DNA of 64,000 bases from a virus, in the IMG/VR virus record IMGVR_UViG_3300006076_000002, positions 28,859 through 92,858 of that record. One strand, given 5' to 3'. The notes beneath the pieces are model-generated. The model had not been told where the DNA came from and did no database searches. It worked only from the letters and a program-made list of their open reading frames with translations. Position 1 is the stretch's first letter. Each line of letters opens with the position of its first letter. The translations under genes were made by a program, and so were the position numbers. Positions 17,320 through 29,600 of this stretch are shown here, piece after piece.

Positions 17320-17880
17320 ATGAAATTTAAGAAATTCATGAAAAGAATTAAGCAGCTACACAAGCATCTACCAGAACAAGTAGAACTGCCATCAGAAGAA
17401 TGGTTCAAAGCTAATGTACCAAAAGAAGGCAGAATTGATTACTTAGCTAGAGGTGTACATAAGTTATTAACTGTAAAGCTACAAGAAGTTGACAATATTG
17501 AAGAACCTGCTAAAAACACTAACGAAGATACTACTGAATCCTTAACTGGTATCGACGCAACTCTAGCTGAACGTGGTTCTAACTACGGTAAATTCGAAAA
17601 CCACGCTAAATTATCACAAAGTTTGCAAGTACTTTTTGAGGGGCATGTACGCAGATATGGACAACCAGAGAAGTATACTGACTCTATGAACGAAGCTATC
17701 CAGCTAATCATGCACAAACTGGCTAGAATTGCTAACGGTTCGCCAATGTACATAGAGAACTTCAGAGACATATGCGGATATGCACAACTAATAATAAATG
17801 AGTTGGAAACTACTGAGGGTGCTACTGATGCTAAAGTATCTAAAATTGTAAGAGAAGATAATAAGTGGGTAGAGCAGTAA
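17320..17880 (+). CDS. DUF6378-like phage protein
   Basis: TLAERGSNYGKF...KLARIANG.P...NFRDICGYAQL. Confidence 0.65.
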   Translation: MKFKKFMKRIKQLHKHLPEQVELPSEEWFKANVPKEGRIDYLARGVHKLLTVKLQEVDNIEEPAKNTNEDTTESLTGIDATLAERGSNYGKFENHAKLSQSLQVLFEGHVRRYGQPEKYTDSMNEAIQLIMHKLARIANGSPMYIENFRDICGYAQLIINELETTEGATDAKVSKIVREDNKWVEQ

Positions 17881-18077
17881 TGTCCTATCTATCTCTTGAC
17901 TTTCTATTATATTTAAGTAGATGGGTAGTCTCAGCTTTCGCGGTTATGCCTGTACTATATATATTAGTTAAGTATAACTGTTGCAAAGGTAAATACGAAG
18001 AATACATTCACTTAATACTAGTACAAGTATTCGGTGCATTTATATTCTTTTATATTGATCAATGGATATTTTCATGA
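17880..18077 (+). CDS. small two-TM membrane protein
   Basis: TAATG start at 17880; two hydrophobic segments. Confidence 0.6.
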   Translation: MSYLSLDFLLYLSRWVVSAFAVMPVLYILVKYNCCKGKYEEYIHLILVQVFGAFIFFYIDQWIFS

Positions 18078-18712
18078 AGAAGTATGATATAGTTTATATA
18101 GATCCTCCTTGGCAATTTAACAAACGATCAAACACAAAAACTAGTTTTGGTGGAGGGGCAATGGCCCATTACCCTACAATGCCTATGAAAGATATAGCAG
18201 CATTAGATTTCACAGTATTTATGAAAGAAAATGCTCTTATGTACTGTTGGGTAACTCTAGCTAAACTGCCTGAATGTATTGAAGCTATACAAAAACCAAA
18301 TCTACAATTTGTAACTACTGGTTTCGTATGGGTAAAAACTAACCCTATAGGACACACAAAACCACAAGAGGGTATCAATATATTTAATCCTTCTGATAGT
18401 ACTTATCGTAAACCTTTTTATGGTGTAGGAAACTATACAGCATCTAACGCAGAGATTTGTTTAATATTCCGCAAAGGTAAAATGGTAAAACATAAAGAAA
18501 AAGTATCACAGGTTATACTATCTCCAAGAGAAAAGCACAGTAAAAAACCTAAAGAAGCTTATGACAGATTAGAAACTATGTATCCTTCTAACGAGTTTAA
18601 CAAGATAGAAATATTTGCACGCAATAGCGCTAAAGGTTTTGACGTAATAGGTAATCAGCATAATAACATACAAATTGAAGACTTTATCAAACAGTACGAG
18701 GATGCGGAATGA
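18074..18712 (+). CDS. MT-A70-family adenine methyltransferase
   Basis: YDIVYIDPPW, HYPTM, FVWVK, HSKKP, IEIFAR; ATGA-coupled start at 18074. Confidence 0.9.
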   Translation: MKKYDIVYIDPPWQFNKRSNTKTSFGGGAMAHYPTMPMKDIAALDFTVFMKENALMYCWVTLAKLPECIEAIQKPNLQFVTTGFVWVKTNPIGHTKPQEGINIFNPSDSTYRKPFYGVGNYTASNAEICLIFRKGKMVKHKEKVSQVILSPREKHSKKPKEAYDRLETMYPSNEFNKIEIFARNSAKGFDVIGNQHNNIQIEDFIKQYEDAE

Positions 18713-18927
18713 GCTGGGAACCAGGAACACATGTACAAGCATTTGGCGCTAAGTCTTTACATGCTGGGCAATCAGGTGTAGTTGTGCGAGATGATGGAGA
18801 ATACATTATGTTATTAGCAGATGATCCTTCGTATAAACAAGCACATAAAAACAGTATAGATGAGCCAGATTCACCAAATAGATATTTCTGGGTCAGTAAT
18901 CTGTGCTTAAAACAACTAAAGGATTAA
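18709..18927 (+). CDS. hypothetical protein
   Basis: ATGA overlap; GAGGA RBS. Confidence 0.6.
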   Translation: MSWEPGTHVQAFGAKSLHAGQSGVVVRDDGEYIMLLADDPSYKQAHKNSIDEPDSPNRYFWVSNLCLKQLKD

Positions 18928-18931
18928 ATAA

Positions 18932-19309
18932 ATGAAATGGAAAGATAGCCTTAAACACTGGCGTAAAAACCGAGGTTTAACAACACCACAAATAAGTATC
19001 AACCAAGAAACAGGCAATCCTGCAATTATAGATATGCTACTTGAAGAAGTGGAGGAACTCCGCTTAGCTTTACTAGATAACAATGAGCATGAAATCATAG
19101 ATGCTTGTAACGATCTAATTGTATTATCTGCTAATCATGTAGCTCAATCAGGATACGATATTGACCTTACAATGAAAGAGACTCTTAAAGAAATCTCATC
19201 TCGTGAAGGCTCAATCAACCCTACTACAGGTAAATGGCAGAAAGACAAAGCTCAAGACCCTTCTACTCTTTACAAGGCTGATTATTCAACCTGTAAATTG
19301 AAGTCTTAG
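18932..19309 (+). CDS. MazG-like all-alpha NTP pyrophosphohydrolase
   Basis: EEVEEL...EIIDACNDL...EISSR.G....GKWQK. Confidence 0.75.
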   Translation: MKWKDSLKHWRKNRGLTTPQISINQETGNPAIIDMLLEEVEELRLALLDNNEHEIIDACNDLIVLSANHVAQSGYDIDLTMKETLKEISSREGSINPTTGKWQKDKAQDPSTLYKADYSTCKLKS

Positions 19310-19311
19310 TT

Positions 19312-19488
19312 TTGACTTTAGAACAATTATTCTCGATTCTACGTAATCTTGAGGAACTAAAACTACAAGGCGGTAAACGCTATAAAGCAATTACCTTATT
19401 ATTGCAGAAGGAAGCTACAACACACAATTGTGCTGAAGCCAGAATTCTGCTAGATCAGCTACAGTCCTCTATGGATAGCCTCAACTAG
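19312..19488 (+). CDS. possible 58-aa protein (TTG start) overlapping the convergent gene end
   Basis: Open frame fills the gap; no clear RBS. Confidence 0.3.
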   Translation: MTLEQLFSILRNLEELKLQGGKRYKAITLLLQKEATTHNCAEARILLDQLQSSMDSLN

Positions 19489-22400
19489 TGGGATTTCTGT
19501 CCCACCATTAAGTAGACTGCCCAAACCGTGGAATGGATTAATTCTATTCCAGAATACAGAGAACAAGTTACTATCAAAGATATCCGATTCATCACCCAAC
19601 ACTGCTTGCTCTAATTTACTAGCTGCAACTCTTGCCGGTGATTCCTTCAGCATTTTAATATTAACTCTCTGTATATTTGCAAAATACGTCCAAAATGCTT
19701 CAGGACCCATTCTCTCTAACCATCTGACAGTTTTACTGTTTATAACTTTGCTATAGTTAATAAAGCTATCCGTAACAAACCTGAATACATCCTCCTCATT
19801 CTCACCTTTTTCCATCTTAGCCCAATACATAGCAGCTCTAAAGTGAAAGTCACTCTCTCTAGTAGCTCTCAACAAGAACTTACCTGCTGCACTTCTCTGA
19901 GTCAAGAACAACGTCTCAACTGCATCTCTAGCTAATCCTTCATCACCTGTAACCTTTTCAGATAATCCTCTCAATTTTTTACTAATTTTATTTGTATCAT
20001 CATATATTGCAACATCATCAATTACCGACTGGTACAAACCTTTAGCCATCAATGGTCTCAACGGATTATTATCCAACTTGTACTGCACATCTGATATGTT
20101 TCTCTCAAGATTAGCTTTTTTACTCCCACTAGCACCTTTAACCAATCTCTGCAATCTATGTAACTCCTCCTCATCTTTTTTCCAGGTATCTAATGATCTA
20201 ATACTTTTAATCATCAACGTAATTGCCTGTCTCACCGGCACTCCGCTATAAAACAGTATCCTCATATTCGACAGTATATTATTCCATATAGTACTAGGTA
20301 ATCTGACAACCACATTACCTTTGAGCAATCCTATGAAATCCTTCCAGTAACTTTCAACAACCTGTACTTTATATTTAGTTCCAACATCCACCTTATTAAA
20401 TATTTTCATATCTGTAATACTCGGCTCTTGATATCCGAATAACTGAGCTATCAAATCTTTACGTATATAAATCTCTCTCCTTGGATTGTCATCTACACTT
20501 TTAAGCTGTTCTTCCATTGTCATACGATATCTTTTATCTGTATCATGTATTCTCTTATACACCTCAGTACCAGGCTTTTTAGCATCTTCACGTATTTTAG
20601 CCTTATCTACTTCTATGTTATGCTTAATAATATTATCTCTGGCATCTGGCGGTAACAATCCCCATAGTTCCTCACCTTCAGTTTTAATCCCATATTTACC
20701 TTTATCCAGTAACTCTTTATTACCATTCTTATACATCTCACGTCTAGTCTCTTCACTTAAGTCAAAATCCTTAGCTCTTACGTGTATAAACAATCTCGAA
20801 GTATCTTTAGTTGGATCGTTAGACTTAATATAACTATCTGCATAATCCTTATACAATATCCTAAGTACCTTTTGATTCTCCTTATCTGTCATCGGTTGTG
20901 TGCCTACGTGTCCCTCACTCTTAGCCAACACTTCTGCACCTCTAGTATCTAATTCTAAATATCTAATTTTGTCTTTCTTGCTAATTCCGTACCTAAAATC
21001 TGTTATATACCCTTGATCATTGAACACTGGATGCATATTTCCTATATTTTCACCATCCATATATTTTTGCACTAATGCACTCCTACTTCTTATATACAAC
21101 TTCCATACAGCATCTTCAGTCAATCCTGGATTTGACATTCTTATCTTATCTCTAAGTAGCAGCCCTTGCACTTTTTCTCTCTGCAGACCTACCGAACCAT
21201 CTACACGTCCAGCTACCTGCAAGTTACTATTTACATACTTTCCGTACTGCACTGGATCAGCATCCTTCAAGTCTCTATCTAGCACTTCAACCAGTGTAAA
21301 CCCTAACTCATTCATCTTTTTCTTCTCAGATACCGGAGCTATCTGTAGTTCTCTATTCCTATTGTAAGTATCTCTCACCTGCCCTTTTACATAGCTTTGA
21401 GGTTCATACTTATCATACTCCTCTTTCACAGCTACCTGCAATCCTTTAGCGTACTCTGTATATGCCATAACCCCATCAGGATCTTTCTCCAGTAATTCCA
21501 GCATAGTATCTTTAGCTTTGTCATCTATATGTGTCAATGCGTACAACGATATCAGCTTATCCACATCTTTAACTAACTTCTCATCCACTTCTGTTTCCCA
21601 GTAAGGCTTCATCTCTATGTGTGTACCAAACCCTCTAACTATGTTCTCTGCATTGGTTCTCAACCCTACCCCAGTAACCGCATACTGAGCAGCTTTGTGT
21701 GCATCCTTAGTTATCGCTTTATACCAGAAGTCACTACCTTGCTTAGCTATTTTAGCCTCTAATTCTTTAATATCTTTCCCAGGATTAGTTATATACCCTT
21801 TTAAACCATATGCACTCTCAGCATCCAATGCCTGTAGATCTGCTGACATAATTACTGCTTCCAGTGCATGGTCATACTTCTTATTCTCTTTCTTAAGTAA
21901 ATCCACTTTCTTAAACATAGTCTTATACACATCTACCAGTGTACCTTCATAGTTCTGGTGTCTTAATCTATCTATGTGTGATCTAAACTCCATAGTTAAG
22001 TCGGTAACCAGCTCTAATGTCTTTCTACCTGCCGTAAAATCTGCAAACAACTTTCTCAAGAAGCTATCCTCTGCAATCTTCATAGCTGACAAATAGTTAC
22101 CCCATAGGATCGCTAGGTGTGGTCTCTGGTACTCATCTGCACCTTGTATAGCAGCTTTAAACTTAGGCAGTATTCTAGCTAACTTGATAAACTTGACCAG
22201 TATATTGTCACTGTCTTTAGGCCAATTATGCTTTATTGGATTATACAAATCATCAAACTCTTGTTGTGTCATACCTTGTTTAGTTACACCTAATGTATTC
22301 TGTAGTAAATCATCCACTCTACCCGATATTTTCTTATCTACTTCATCTAACACTTTATTCAATGTATCTGATACTTTTTCATCTGCATGCTTACCACGTC

Positions 22401-23679
22401 TCATTGCTGCTTCACTACCGTACTTATCCTTGATAGCCATCAACTTGTATATCGTTTTAACCGTCTCTTCTTCTACATTCTTACCCTTAGCACCTTTAAA
22501 CTTATGCACCACTTTAGCTAGAAAGTCAGCTATCATATGCACTACCTTATCATATGCACTTTTATATTCTTTCTCTTTCTTCTCTGTAGTTATACTTTCT
22601 AGTGCATTCTTCATCTGTTTATTCGTCATAGCATATGCCATAAACTCCTGCAATCTTACAGATGCTGCTCTAGTATCTTCTTTACCTTTTCTACCGAAGA
22701 TGTAATCATATCTATCTTTAGCAGCATCTTTCTCCGCTTCCGTATACAACCCATCCTTAACTAAATGTTCTGGTTTCAGAGTCTCTCTAGCCTTCTTATA
22801 CAGCTCTTGTATCTGTAACTTCAGTGCATCTGCTTCTGTACCTGCATGTTTATTGTCAAACACCCAATCCAATGCTGCATGTACTACTTCATGTACCAGT
22901 GTCTCCTCATTTGTCATAGTTAACCTATTTCTAGCTTCTTGACTTAATGTACCTGTCTTTATTTTTATCGGAGCTAGTGGGTCATTCTTATCAAACTGTC
23001 CGTAAGGCTCTACCACTTTAGCTATCTGTTCTGTATTCAGCTTAACTACTGTCTTACCCAGATCCTTACTCAGCTTCATCACATTGCTCAATACTTCATC
23101 TAAATGCTTCCCATGTTCACTGTCATACTCTTCACCCATCAGACTTTTATCTAGTCTTCTAAGCTCGTCTCTTACATTCAGTATCGTATTTTCTGTACTC
23201 TCTTCACCAAGAAACAGTCTATCTATATCCTCATCTGTGAGTTCATCTTTGTTGTACAGCACATCATTCACGTACCCTCGTTTAATTACCTCTGTAACCC
23301 CTGGCATCTCCACCACTGTTCCATTAGCTTTCGTAGCTATACTTTTCTCACTACCCCTCTCAAACGTGTACTGGTGATTGTTATCTAGCACAACTGTAGT
23401 CTTACCTGCTCTAGGCTTGTATATGACTTTCTTTATACCTAGTTTCTTACTCTCTCCACTCTTCAGTGGGTCCTTGTTGCTGTAGTGTACCCAGACATCC
23501 TTTGGCATGTTATCCTGTAGATATTTCTCTGTAGCCTTTTTACGTGACTGCCAGTATACCTTCTCAGCTGTAATCTGCTTAGTGAGAGCTTCTACTTCTC
23601 TCTCTAGCTCATCACCTTTATACTTACCTTCTAACTCTTCTCTTACTTTAGCTTCTATGCTTCTTGTATCACATGCCAT
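19459..23679 (-). CDS. virion RNA polymerase C-terminal portion encoded as a separate gene (zincin HExxH domain)
   Basis: ETLVHEVVHA and QEFMAYAMTN resemble the C-terminal region of N4-type vRNAPs; GGAG RBS and TAATG coupling; a single Cys (residue 3). Confidence 0.75.
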   Translation of the reverse strand: MACDTRSIEAKVREELEGKYKGDELEREVEALTKQITAEKVYWQSRKKATEKYLQDNMPKDVWVHYSNKDPLKSGESKKLGIKKVIYKPRAGKTTVVLDNNHQYTFERGSEKSIATKANGTVVEMPGVTEVIKRGYVNDVLYNKDELTDEDIDRLFLGEESTENTILNVRDELRRLDKSLMGEEYDSEHGKHLDEVLSNVMKLSKDLGKTVVKLNTEQIAKVVEPYGQFDKNDPLAPIKIKTGTLSQEARNRLTMTNEETLVHEVVHAALDWVFDNKHAGTEADALKLQIQELYKKARETLKPEHLVKDGLYTEAEKDAAKDRYDYIFGRKGKEDTRAASVRLQEFMAYAMTNKQMKNALESITTEKKEKEYKSAYDKVVHMIADFLAKVVHKFKGAKGKNVEEETVKTIYKLMAIKDKYGSEAAMRRGKHADEKVSDTLNKVLDEVDKKISGRVDDLLQNTLGVTKQGMTQQEFDDLYNPIKHNWPKDSDNILVKFIKLARILPKFKAAIQGADEYQRPHLAILWGNYLSAMKIAEDSFLRKLFADFTAGRKTLELVTDLTMEFRSHIDRLRHQNYEGTLVDVYKTMFKKVDLLKKENKKYDHALEAVIMSADLQALDAESAYGLKGYITNPGKDIKELEAKIAKQGSDFWYKAITKDAHKAAQYAVTGVGLRTNAENIVRGFGTHIEMKPYWETEVDEKLVKDVDKLISLYALTHIDDKAKDTMLELLEKDPDGVMAYTEYAKGLQVAVKEEYDKYEPQSYVKGQVRDTYNRNRELQIAPVSEKKKMNELGFTLVEVLDRDLKDADPVQYGKYVNSNLQVAGRVDGSVGLQREKVQGLLLRDKIRMSNPGLTEDAVWKLYIRSRSALVQKYMDGENIGNMHPVFNDQGYITDFRYGISKKDKIRYLELDTRGAEVLAKSEGHVGTQPMTDKENQKVLRILYKDYADSYIKSNDPTKDTSRLFIHVRAKDFDLSEETRREMYKNGNKELLDKGKYGIKTEGEELWGLLPPDARDNIIKHNIEVDKAKIREDAKKPGTEVYKRIHDTDKRYRMTMEEQLKSVDDNPRREIYIRKDLIAQLFGYQEPSITDMKIFNKVDVGTKYKVQVVESYWKDFIGLLKGNVVVRLPSTIWNNILSNMRILFYSGVPVRQAITLMIKSIRSLDTWKKDEEELHRLQRLVKGASGSKKANLERNISDVQYKLDNNPLRPLMAKGLYQSVIDDVAIYDDTNKISKKLRGLSEKVTGDEGLARDAVETLFLTQRSAAGKFLLRATRESDFHFRAAMYWAKMEKGENEEDVFRFVTDSFINYSKVINSKTVRWLERMGPEAFWTYFANIQRVNIKMLKESPARVAASKLEQAVLGDESDIFDSNLFSVFWNRINPFHGLGSLLNGGTEIPLVEAIHRGL

Positions 23680-26600
23680 TAGTCACACTCCAACTGATCT
23701 AGTATTTTATTTGCTATTATATCCATTTCTGGGTTAGTCTCTGCTTTAACCTCTTGCAAAGGTCTATTAGCTAACGGAGTATCAACCACCTCGTCGGGCT
23801 CAACACTATGATTTTCGTACACCAATTCTTTTGGTAATTTACTCTTATCTAGTTTATTCTTAGGCACTTTAGGTACGTATTCCTCTTTACCTTCAGCTCT
23901 ATACTCAGCACCATCTAATGCACTGTGTCCTACACTGAAGTCAGTCTCAAACAGCACTTTACGACCTTCTTCAGCTCTTTTCTGTAATTGTTCCATCTCT
24001 TTCACTGTACTTCTCATTGTAGGTAGATGTGTTATATCTCTCATTCTACCAACACTCATCATAGCTATCCTAGCATTATCACTCATATCCATTTCACTGA
24101 CTGTATTCAGGTACTCGTTGTAAGCATCGCTCAAATCACCATCAAGCTTACTCAGGAATGTTTTAACCGCAGCTAACACTTCATTTTGATTCTTACCTAT
24201 CTCAACTACTAATTCTTTCTGTTCTGCGTATGACAACCCGTCTAATGCTGTAGGTGCTTCACCTTGTATCATATCGTATATGTCACTTACCGGATTCGTA
24301 AGCATCTTTCTAACTACATTCAGTACAGACTCCATAGCCGTATCATCTTCTACTTTCTGTATGACTTCTTTATCTACACCATTCAACGTAGCATACAAGC
24401 TATCTAGCATCTCTGTAGTTAAACTCCAATCCTTGCTCAAATGATATGCAGACTTGTTGTAAGACTTAGTTACACCCATAGCTTTATCTACTGTAGCGAA
24501 GTTTGCATCATGCACTCCTAATGCTTCCCACTTAGCTAGCACTTCAGCTTGTATCGAAGCATCCTGTGCGTGTATCGGCATTACCGCTCCACTAGTAAAC
24601 GCAACTACCATCTTGTACAACTCACTGTTAGCTCTCAGCTTATCACCGTTAGCTCTCTCTATCTTACCCTGGAGGTTTATAGCAGTGTTCATAGTACCTT
24701 CTGTCCAATCACCTTTAGCAGTCTTGAACAGCACCATTTGATCCCCATTACCATTGTCTAATGCCATATTTATAATCGGTAAGATAACCTTATTAGCTTT
24801 GAGTATAGCATCCACTTCTTTAGTAGTTAACGGTACCCATTTACTTTTATGTTTACCCTCATTCTTCTTTTTAGTTTCTATATCTATTTGTTTATTCACT
24901 TCTTCTAATGCAATCTTACCTATCAACGCAATCGTACTATTCGTAGTTCTAGTAGCCTTAATCAATTCTCCATACTGTTCTTCAAATGTATCTCTAATCG
25001 GTTTACCAACCACTCTAGCTACATGCTCTTGTACCATCTCGTAGAAGTTATCCGGTATCTTCATGTTAAGCACATTCATCGGTGTTTTATCTAACTCTGC
25101 CCTCAACTTACCTAACCATGCATCTACAGCTTCACTTTGCTTATCGTAGTACATTTTCTTACCTGTAGACGGATCTACCATCAAATACGAAGATGCTTTT
25201 AATGCTCTCTTCATCAGGTCAAATGCACCCTCTACTTCACTTACTTTCTTAGATGTTGCCATCGTAGTCATTAACGCATTCAAGTTACTTTTAGAGGGAT
25301 ATGGTGTACCACTAGTAGATAATGCTCTCTTAGCTATACTATTGATAATACCTTTCATACCTGAACCGTAGTTAAGTACCATGAACGGATGTTTCATGAA
25401 TGCTCTAGATATTTCTTCTATCAGATGTTCTTCACCATCACGTGTACCTTCTCCAAGTAACTCCATAGCTACTTCCATACCTTGGAGTATACCTTTAGCT
25501 CTTTTCTCTATCTCTGCTTGCGTACCTTTAACTAAAGCTGGGTGTGGAACCGGTTTTCCTATGAAACTTGGTACCGGATCTACAAACTTTAATTCCGCTA
25601 ACCCTTTACTGTTATCGAGTACTACTCCTTTAATTTCACCCTTCACATTTATATTTACTTTTTTAGCGTTTTCCACTTTCTGCCTAAATAATTCAGCAGG
25701 TTCTTGGTATGCATCTCTCTTAGTCTTATCATCAGCTATTTCTGAATACTTTGGCACGTGTCCATCTTTTACTCTCATGAATCCACCACGCTCTAATTCT
25801 TCAAACGTTTTCTTCATGTCAAGTTTACCACCCTTCACGAATATTGGCATCTGTAGCATCTTGAGTATGTAACCGCTAGTTACTGCATCCGTCTCTAACA
25901 TGATCGTAGACATATATGCTTCATCACTAGCACTTTCTTTATGGTTCATGTACTTGAGTATTTCTATCATACCTTTTATACCATGCTCATCATGCACACC
26001 TAGCACATCCACTAACTCTTTCAGATCGTCATTTGTAATATCTTGTATTGTAGGTATCTTAGCATCACCAAACACTCCATTAACTTTAGCTTCTAACCCT
26101 GCATACTGTTTTATAGATTTACCCATAGGTAACTTATCTACATCAACACCTAGTGCTTGCCCGATAGCTAACTTTAATATCTTCTCTTCTGTACTACCTA
26201 GTTTAACTTCAGCTTTACCCATGTCTGTAGCAAATCTATGCAATAGTATTGATTGATGGTCAAATTTACCACCTATGATACCAAATCTAAAGTTTGTAAG
26301 TATTCTCCACTTCTGCCAGAATGGTTTCTTACCTTTATCTGTAGCTTCATACACTTCATCTAGTAGTTTCTTCTGTCTATCTATAGCGTCATTCTTACCT
26401 TTAGCACCTTCTCTTTCATTCACATATATCGTATCTGGGTCTACTTTACCTAATATCTTATCTAGCAGTGAGTATGGTACATCTTCTCCGTTCTCATCAT
26501 ATCCTGTAGTGTCTGCAATTCCATCTAGCTTATCTAACCCTGTCATGAAATCTTCACCGATAGTCAATCTTGTATCACTCTGCTTCTTAACTGCTTTAAC

Positions 26601-29600
26601 TCTAGGTTCCGACACTGAGAACAACTTAGACACACTTTGGTGTTCAGTAGGCGTATCCTCCATCTCATGCTTGTTATCTTCTGTGTATATACCCAATGAA
26701 TCCTCAGTAGGTTCTAATACCTTTTCTAAGTCTGTAGTCATACCTTTATGTGCTTTAATCAGATCTTTAGCTGTAGTTGTCAAATTGTATGTAACTATAT
26801 CTGGTTTACCTGCATCTTTATCATTCTCATATATCATTGCAGCTGGAGTCTTATACCCTTTCTTAAACACCATTTCTTTCTTAAGTTTTATATCTCTATC
26901 TTTAGCATTTAGTATTATATACTCAGCTTTCTCTAACGCTAACATACCTAGCATACCTAACTCTGCTTTTAGTTTCTGCTCTATATACTCAGTATCTAAC
27001 CCTTCTGGTGCATCCTTTACAGCTTTAAGTCCTAGTGCTTTCCAAGCCTTATTACCTATAGTACTTGACACATAATCCATTATTCCATCAAAGTCTTTGA
27101 TTGACATTCTATCAGTCTGGCTTACCGGAGCATTTTTATCCATACCCTTCAACGCTCTTACTGCATTGTTGTCTCTACGTTCTGAGTCAAACTTAGCCAT
27201 ACTATCTGTCAACACTTCTACTGCGCTTGTTGCCAATGCCTCAGCTACCTTACCGTTTAACTCTAGTTTACCTTTATTAGCGAACTCACCTTCAGGCACT
27301 GTATATGCCATTAGCATTCTACTTACACTTTGGAATCCTTCTACACTATCTGTACCAAACCACACCATGTTAGCTCTTGCAGATGATAAGTCATTCTCTA
27401 CTACACTTTGTACACTTCCTGTCAATTTCTTTATAGTTACACCTGCAGTAAGCAAGTTCTTCTGTGCTACACTTGACAGTGTTTCCTTTTTCTGTGCTAG
27501 TAACTCTCTTAGCACATCTAAAGCTGTAGCATTTAAATTCTTAGGCTCTGTAGCAGCTTTGAAGAACTCGTGTAAGTAACCTTTGCCGTATGCAACATCT
27601 ACACCATTTTTAGCTTCAGTAACGTGATGGGATTTATTGTCAGCAGTCCATGCAAGTATACTACTAGCTACTTTGTTATCTCTTTCAGCTGTTTTATCTA
27701 TCAGTTCAGATTTCTTTTCTTTGATTGCAGCTTTGGTGTCTTTTACCTTATTATTAACCTCTTGCATTTGTAATATACGCTTTATGGTTTTCTTTCTAGT
27801 TTCTGTTAATTTTCGTTCTTTGCCTTGTGTTTGGTCTTTTATGAAATCTTTTTTATATTCAAGCTCATCTTTTTTAGCTACCTTTTTGTCAATAGCCTGT
27901 TGTATACTACTTTCTACTTTTTTGTTGGTAGTTTCAGCTAGTTTATTATACAACGCATCAACACTGCTATCTATGCTTGCTATATAGCTATTTATACGCT
28001 TTATACTAGCATTAGACTTTTCTAACTGTTTAGCTGTCCACATCCTAGTTTGTATGGCATTTCTGAGTATATGTCTTTTAGTATTTTTAAAGTTATACCC
28101 ATCTGTCAGTTTATCTAGTGTGTTCTGTTTCTCGTATACTTCTTTTTCTAGCTCTTTAATTTCAACCTCTAAATTGGCTATTTCTTTATCTATACCTGTT
28201 AGCTCTTCTTGCTTAGGTTTTGTGCTCTCTGTATTGCCTTGTCCAGTACTTTGTTCTGTTCCTGTAGTAGTGCTTTTTTCTTCTGTAACAACTTTAGTTT
28301 CTTCATTTTGTTTTGCATCTATTTTTCCTTTATTTAGTAATCCTAATTTTTTAAGCGCAAATACATTTGCATCTTTTTCATATAATGCAGGATCAGCAGT
28401 ATATTTTTTTCTGAACTCTTCTTTTCCGTATTTGCCTATCTGTTGTGTATGTCGATACTCGTGTAATAACAGAAATTTACGTATATCTTGTGGGCTTAGC
28501 TTACTTATCGTATCTAAGAAGTCTATACTATAGTCTTTATTTATGCTATCTGTAACCTGTTGTTTAGTAAGTATAACCTCTTTAGACTTTTCGTCTTTAA
28601 ACTCTCTATGAGTACTTAAGTAATCTAATACCTTTTTTGCTGTAATGTTCTTACTGAGTCTAATTTTACTACCGTCAGAAGAGGTACCAGCCAACTGTCC
28701 ATTAGAAGCATCTGCCGAGTAGTATCTAATAGGTATACCAGCTACAGTAGCTGTCTGTACATTCGCATTTTTCTCTTTTACTGCACCTTCTACGACAGGT
28801 GCAGCTTCCTCAACCTTTTGCTGCGTAGTTTCAGCTTGTTGTGGCTTACCTACCTCTAGTGTACCGTTGATAGTGTCTGTAGCTAAACTGTTTATGTCTT
28901 GTAGTAACTTGTACTCTTTCTCTAATTTTGCTGTAAACCCTTCAGACTTTTTACCGTCATACACGTACTTACTTCCAGGATAGTTCACATCTACTTTTAG
29001 TTTAGCTAGGTCATTTTTAGCTTTATCTAACCCTGCAGCATCTTTACCTATAGCCTCTAAGTTTTTGATAGTTTCACGTAAGTTATCAGCCTTCTCTTTA
29101 TACACTCTTTGAGCAGCTTTAAATGCATCCCTCTTCTCTGCTTGAGTACTCATAAACTTATTCATAGCTATTATTGCACTATCTCTAGCTGTATCTGATT
29201 GAGCGTTTATGACTGCATCTAGGTGTTCTAGCATCCCTAGTTTTCGCTTACCTTTGTACTCTCCACCAAGCAGCTTTAACGCTAACGATTCATTCTTATT
29301 AGCTTTATCTACTACCGTAACCCCATTAAAGTCTTTACTATGTACCAGATCACTAACCAATTTCTCAGCTTTCAGTTTAGCTAACTCTTTTACCTTTTCA
29401 CTTTTAACAGTTTCATCTGTTATATCAGCTAACTCTGTCTGAACTTCTGCCATATCCTTAGCTATTTCTTTAGGGTCCCTATTCCCTAATATTTCTGATT
29501 CACCATTTAGTTTACGTCTAAGGTTCAGAGCATCTTGCAGATGTTTAGTAACTAACTCTTTTTCAGTTATTATCTCTGGAGTACTGTCTAATGAATCTAA

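Noticed and set aside
23675-23690. vRNAP split as a sequencing error or programmed frameshift
   Set aside because: TAATG coupling with a well-spaced GGAG RBS matches other gene junctions here and no slippery heptamer is visible; reads would be needed for full exclusion.
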